This document shows positions 57,531 to 64,000 of a DNA stretch of 64,000 bases, piece after piece (positions within the stretch are counted from its first letter, which is position 1; each line of letters starts with the position of its first letter). The stretch lies in assembly GCF_963853765.1 (NCBI RefSeq), contig NC_088858.1, positions 19,530,001-19,594,000 on the forward strand, written 5' to 3'. This DNA is from Magallana gigas. Taxonomy: Eukaryota. Position numbers and translations under genes: made by a program. Under the pieces are notes generated by a model. That model was not told the origin of the DNA. It did not search any database and was given only the letters and a program-made list of their open reading frames with translations.

Positions 57531-59879
57531 TGTGAATTGTTGTCGACCAAAAACAGCCAACAGTCTGCTTTATATACTGTTGTGTATTGATGTATTCTTG
57601 AAGTATGTAATTATAATGAAATAGAATATCTTGTACATTTGAAAATGATACCAAATTATTGACTGATTTTATTATATCCTTATTCTTATTTGCATGTTAT
57701 AAATGGTAAATAACTGTTCGCTTAAGAATTTTTTGTTCATTTTTTTTCTTTCTCTCTTTAAAGTTGGAGTGAGTAAAGCTATTTAAAATGTCTGATGATA
57801 CCAATTTATTGACTGGTTTTTAAAAAGTTATATCCTTATTCTTATTTACATGTTTTAAATTATATAAATCATGATAAAAAAAAACTGTCCGTTTAACTCT
57901 TGGACAGATACTTAGTTGAATTGGCGTCCATCAGATAAAACATGCGTCACCAACGGGGTTCCGTACATTTGAATTGTTTAATAATCTATCATCGATTAAG
58001 ATAATATATTTTACGTTTAAGATAATATACCAGGTATTCTATGGTTATCTAAGGTTTGTCGAATAATTGTATTGTTCAATAAGAAATCTTCGATCATGTA
58101 TGCAGGATAGGAAACTTTCTTGTATTTAATTAACTCCCACCTACTAGATATGTTAGCTTTATGTTTTCAACGTAAAAAGTGATTATCTGTCATTTCTCCC
58201 TTCCATAAAAGGTAGGAAAGGAACTATTGGACTCATTATCATGCTGTTACGTCATAAACACAAAACAGTGAAGAATATTTTTTCACGAGGTAATTTTTCT
58301 ACAACACATACACGTAAAAAGATGCAAAGACCTTATTTTTTGAAACCAACCAAGTCTTTTACAACGACCCTTGTTAATCTTTCCGTAGTTACACAGGACG
58401 TTAAGTACAACGTTAACCCTATCTTGATAAAAATACTCTGTTTTGATGGACTACATTTTAAAATTCGCTCCATTTTAGCAATAATTCATGTACAGTACGT
58501 ATTTTGCCTTGCCTCTGATAATTTATTTTTATAGCATTTCAGGCCTCTTTTTATTTCACAGTTTTGAACAAAACTTGCATTTAGATATATGTGTTAAATA
58601 TCAATTCATTATAATAATTGGATTAACTGTTTGTACAAAAATTAATCCTTTTGATGATTATCTCAAGTTTATCTTTTTAAAATCATGCAATAATGTATGT
58701 ATGTATAGCAATTGCATGTTACTATGATAGTCACATGAAAATATGAAAAACCAGTTTTATGAATTATTTTAATAAATAATTTATCGAGAAGTTTGCTTCA
58801 AACACACGTGAGTTATTGGGTATTTTTAAAGCTGCTTGGTCCGATATTTTTTTTTTTATTACAGTATCAATTTTTTTCTATACAAACCATTTATCTTAGA
58901 AAGTTAATGACTTTCTCCTATTTACATCAGAAGAACCAGTCTCCTTTCAAAGTTAGAAATATTCAAAGTAAATAAAAATAATTTCTTTTTGGGCAAACGA
59001 AAAAACAAACCAAAATGCATCACGGGAATATTTAGAAAAGGAAACCGTTTGGTTTCGTCCCCCGAATAATTGGGGTTATTCAACCCGCATGCTATGCATC
59101 GATTGTAAAGAAAGCAAACTTCAGAAATATTAGCGAACAAAACATACACATGTTTATTTGTAATTTGTCTGATCATTTCGATTAAGCGATGTCAAAGTCG
59201 GAACACAACCATACCTGTCTCGTCGTCAGGGGCGTACTTTAACATGAGGCGAAATAACGCGGTACCCTTTTATGTCGTTTGTTTTGTTAGCAAATTTTGT
59301 ACGTATTTTTCTTCATTGAAATTTGGCTTAATTGACTGGGAAAACTACTGCAATATCTATTATTATACATATACTTAGCATAACCATCGTTTAAAAGCGT
59401 GCAAAAAAATTGATATAAAATCAGACCAAGCAGCTTTAAATTATCTATATAATATATTCATTTTTATTTACGCTGTATGTGACAATAACATTATTTTGTT
59501 TATAATGGACGTAAAGTTTCAAAAACTTGACAACCGCTCAACCAAGGGCTCTCAATATTCTACTAACCTATCCAAGTAATTAAGAACCAAAGAAGTGTTC
59601 GGGGGTAGGATGGGGTCACAACGTGGAAGGGGGGGGGGGCAAAAATTTATATAGGAATATATTGGGAAATCTTTATGTAACGTCCAGAGTTTGATGAAGG
59701 TTTATATCACATATATAAACATTTGTTTAGGACCTTTTTGAGAACTGCAATGCTCAACATGTGCTATGCCTATAAAAATCATCCTATTAGAAAAGGGTCT
59801 AGTGATACATGTAATAAAAATAAAAATATCCAGGCGGAAAATGGTTTTTAATTTATACAGTATCTACTTGTATTATACT

Positions 59880-59975
59880 GCATTGTCCAGATATTTTGTA
59901 TTTTGACTGCATTAAGCTGCATTTATTGTGGCTATAATTCTTCAGGTGAGCAATAAGGCCCAGGGGCCTCCTGTT
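59880..59975 (-). mobile_element. 5' fragment of a HINE-like repeat
   Basis: The - strand reads aacaggaggcccctgggccttattgctcacctg; a similar start lies at ~17945 on +. Confidence 0.45.
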
Positions 59976-60441
59976 TTTATTTATTCCCATATCTTTAACA
60001 TAAATATGCATATACCATTTGCTCGCGATAAATGAGTGGCAAATGTTTATCACTTGTATAAATAATTTATTTCAAGTCAAACAGACTACATAATGATCAC
60101 AATATAATGCATGTAGTATGCTTATTTATATTTCCGTTCCGTACAGCACAAAGCTAAATGCATTGTTATAATACTTTAGAGAAATTCAAAAGAATATATT
60201 ACAAACAAAACAACCAACTATTCATAAAATTTCGTCAAATATGAACAACTTGTACAACGAACATTGTTTCTGTCTAGTATATACTCTATTCCAAAATTTA
60301 TAAATTTTCCGTTTCCGTTCCATTCAGCGTTTTAGTAACACTCGATTTTCTATAAAAAAAAAAACGTTCCGCTTTCAAAAGAGTTATTTTTTGAGATGCT
60401 AAGAATTTGATTAGGTATTTTAAAGCAAACCTCCAATTTAA

Positions 60442-60865
60442 AGGGGCATGGCCACGATTTTGGCCAAATTCTATTTTGATGTTTTTATTATATTCAATGC
60501 TTTGTAAATGTATTTCTAATGATCAAATTAAATTTAGGAGTCTTTCGTAGAGTTATAAGCAAGATTCAGGGCTCACAATTCTTTGTCATGTAAACAATGC
60601 TCGTGCCCTGTTTTTGTTTACAAAGGTTCAATATACCAGTAAAAATTCTGTTTCCAGCTTTGTTCTCTACTGAAATTTTTACTTCAGCGTTCAAAATGTA
60701 AACAAACGCTTTGTTTACATAGCAAAGAATTTCAAACTCTGTAACTCGCTTATAGCTCAAAAAATTACACTCAAATTTCGGTTGCCTATTAAAAATGCCT
60801 TTCTGAGGCATTGTAAGTATTATAATCGGAAAAATAATTTTTGACCAAATCGTGACCATGCCCCT
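60442..60865. mobile_element. Kolobok-type non-autonomous element, copy 2
   Basis: TIR AGGGGCATGG(C/T)CACGATTT(T)GG with TTAA target duplication at 60438-60441 and 60866-60869; inverted relative to copy 1. Confidence 0.82.
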
Positions 60866-60960
60866 TTAAGGAGAACACAAGAAAAATATTTATATCTGTG
60901 CATATTTCTTATAGTTCATTACATTCAAGAATGGCATCCGATTATCATGGTTGATAATAG

Positions 60961-62340
60961 ATGCGAGAGCTATCGTTTAAGGAGGGTGGGTAGTCAATAA
61001 ACTAACCATCAGAAATGTTCTAAATTTTGACAATTGATAAGATATTTTTGGCCACAAACGAACATTAAATAAAGAAAAAGTCCAAATATTTTAGCTTTAA
61101 AATTTGATTATTGTCTTATACCTTAATGTAGAGCTCTTCTTTTGAAGATTCTTTTAACATAATCACCCTTTACTTCAACCCACTTATTAAGTTGTTTTTT
61201 TTATCATGCTTTGGAATGAGCCCCTGTCCTGTCCTGACACTAAAAAAACCCCGCCAAAAATAGTCTGGAACTGAAGTGAAAAAAGCTCCCGGATAACAGG
61301 GTTTTTTTTCAATTTCGGTAATAGAAAAAAGTCACATGGTAATTTATCTTTATCTTATTGTTGCATTTCTTTTTCAAGCAAATAGTCATGTGTGTACTTT
61401 GCAGTGTGCGAAGGAGCACTAATTATTATCTAAAAGGTAGATCTCTATCGTTTCTGACTTCGGTCGTCTGATCTTGTAATATTTTTACATCCTATAATAT
61501 TTCATGAATATAACTTCTGTAACACATTCGGCCTTTTTTTGAAAATCTGAGCAACTCAACCATCACAATTAAAGGCAATTATACGAAGAACCTTTATTGT
61601 TGCTTTCCCCCGTTTTTCAATTGTAGGTTGCTTTGTTTAGTGAGACATATTTTATTTTCCAGTTTTTTTCTTCAGGTTTATAAAAATGGAACCAAGATCC
61701 CCTGTAATAATCTTATGTAGATGTCTTCTGTCACACTTTTCATAAACATTCAGTAGTTTTTATTTACAAATTTGCAATCGCTTTGGATTTTGTTCATCAT
61801 TCGAAATGTGGGGGGAAAGAAACCTTCCTGTCCGCTTAATATTCTTTTAAAATCTTTAAAACGCTACCCGGTGGAATGAATACTATTTTTGCTATCTGGT
61901 TTACCGTTACTATTCCATCTGTCAATGATGAATTTCACTGCTGCGATTGATTTCTCACTTATAAGTGATCTAAGCTTTCCCATCTTCCCAAGTTTAGGGT
62001 TTAAATGTGTATGTAAAGTGAAGCGGATCAGAAACTCTTGATTTGGGAAGATGAGTTTTCCAGTTTTTGTCCCCCAGTAATTGTCATTAGCTAATGATAT
62101 TTAGTATAGGTCCCGATGTTTGAAATTTCATTTCGGGACTTTCTTTATATTCTCAGTTCCTTAAGATGGGTCCAAAAAGGTGGTTTCTTTATATATCGCT
62201 ACATGTATGTTCAAATGTTGTTATTTCATATCAATTCAATCGTCTGGATGACATTAACATTTTGACAAATGGTTAGTTTAATCAGGCGTAAAATCAGAAC
62301 GGAGTACATGTAGTGTAACTGTTTCAAATAGCCCTCGCAT
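60961..62340 (-). mobile_element. Decayed mariner transposon (~1.38 kb)
   Basis: TIR-like ATGCGAG(A/G)GCTAT ends. Broken - strand transposase motifs: LHKIITGD (~61697-61720), APSHTAK (~61398-61420) and LPCDFFLLPKLKK (~61303-61341). Confidence 0.82.
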
Positions 62341-62448
62341 TTTTTCTCGGAAATAATCTACTATTTATTTAAAGTTATTTACTGATAGAATTGATACATG
62401 ACAAACAAAACAGAATTTAGATTCATTTTGTTTTTATTTTTCAATTGT

Positions 62449-64000
62449 TTACATTGGCCGTATCATCATTTTTGCCGACTTCAGCGACCTCCAAGTGTTT
62501 CCCCAATAGTACCAGCTTAATTTCTTTGCATCGGCACGTGAGTCTTTTAGGTACTCACCATTCAGATTGGTACTGAAACAGTTATTGAACCATCCTGCAG
62601 TTTTGTAGATCTCTGCACAGTTTCCTTTGCGGTTGTCATTATCACTATTCATAGTACTGAAGTACATGTTGTTGCTTTGCCCGCTCAAACTATCGCCTTG
62701 ATTTGAAAGAAAATATTATGCTGAACATTTAGTTGTTTACAAATTATATCAGCACGTTGCATTTTATTTGTCAATTCGCCATAATGTGCAACAGCAAGTC
62801 GTCTTATTTCATTTTTATGGTTTTATATAAGGGACAAACAGTCAACACACCAACACCTTTGGTTCCGTTAAAACTTCCGAGCGTCAGTCTGTACTTGTTA
62901 GCCTCGTTATCAACAAAAAATGACGAATATGTCGCATGACCTTTCTTTCTCGAAAATTTCATCAAGTCAATTCTAAGAATCTGTTTCTTATCTTTTGTTA
63001 ATTCATGAATGGCGTCATTCCCTGGAAATGCAAAACTTTCAGAATTTTTAACCCGTATAACTCTTATTAATTCTTCTATCGCGCATACTACATGTATATG
63101 AGAACGGTACATCAAGTTAATTGTACCTACCCAACCAGTATTCATGTTCAGCGTGACCAAATCCTTTTTTGTAATCTTTCCAGTTTCTGTAGAAATTTGT
63201 TTCTCCGTCTGTTCTCCTTTGAATTACCTATCAGTTCAAAAATATTAACATCAATATGTACGTGGTGGAATTATTTTTGTTGTGTTTTTTTTTATAACTA
63301 TTTTATCATAATAATTAAAACTTTTTTAAACGATTTCTAGATTTCTGCATTGGGTGGCGGGAATCTAACAGGCGTTGGATTTACGGCAGAACTTTGTATA
63401 TGTCATTTTAATTTTTTGCATGTCTATATTAAGGGAAATCACCCTGCTATTGTTGTTTAGTATTTTTTGTATATATTTTACCTTTGCTCATTTTTTTTTT
63501 ACTTATAAGGGACATTCCACAGTAGCTGTTCAATGAAACATTTTAATAAGTTGGAGTTTTGACTTTGTCGGGGGATCTCTCTGTTTGGTTTCTGATGTAG
63601 TTAATTTGTGTAAGTTTTTGATTCGTCATTGATAAATGACATTATTTCGTCAATGACTACTTAGTTGTTTCTTAAGGTGAAAATTAACAAACTGCATTTC
63701 GTAGCCGAAACAAAGATTTGAGATTATTAATTGAATAATCTATATCGGTAATCGTTAAGATGATGGATGGGCATAAAGGGAAATTAGTGATTCAAACGAC
63801 ATTTACAAAAGTAACATGTTATATTTATTTTACAGTTAAATTCTGCCAAATTCTCCTGCACTTAACACTTATTTTTATCAGGTAGAAATTTTAGTAACAG
63901 TAAAGAATTTTCTAAAGAAGAAGTAAGTAAATGAGTCTTTATACCAGAATAATTGGGTCTGAGTCATTTATTTACTGACTACTCACCGTCCACCCCCCTC
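62449..64000 (-). CDS. FReD secreted protein, copy D (3' part; 5' exons outside the window)
   Basis: Exons 63987-64000+ (GGGWT), 63131-63227, 62851-63021 and 62449-62696. The visible splice sites are canonical and the frame is open. Confidence 0.9.

Overview
AT-rich, intron-containing animal genomic DNA, most consistent with a bivalve mollusc such as an oyster (inferred from Helentron-associated elements, expanded FReD genes and repeat types). There are two short N gaps (13096-13252, 45959-46135). Genes reconstructed by hand from splice sites: four paralogous secreted single-domain fibrinogen-related (FReD) genes (one on + at ~9-11.6 kb; three in tandem on - at 49.7-64 kb, the last running off the window; two carry splice or frameshift lesions); a secreted PAN/apple-kringle-kringle protein with no protease domain; LRR1 (-) head-to-head with a TWIK-family K2P channel (+); MNAT1 (-) head-to-head with TRMT5 (+); and a Ly6/uPAR quiver/sleepless-like protein. 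The most striking observation is that the K2P channel has two separate, phase-matched first coding exons, each encoding N-terminus + M1 helix + cap helix with the cap cysteine. Intergenic DNA is dense in transposon relics: a decayed PIF/Harbinger element, a decayed mariner, MULE-, Kolobok- and Tc1-type non-autonomous elements, a Helentron-type HINE, tRNA-SINE relics and long foldback hairpins.
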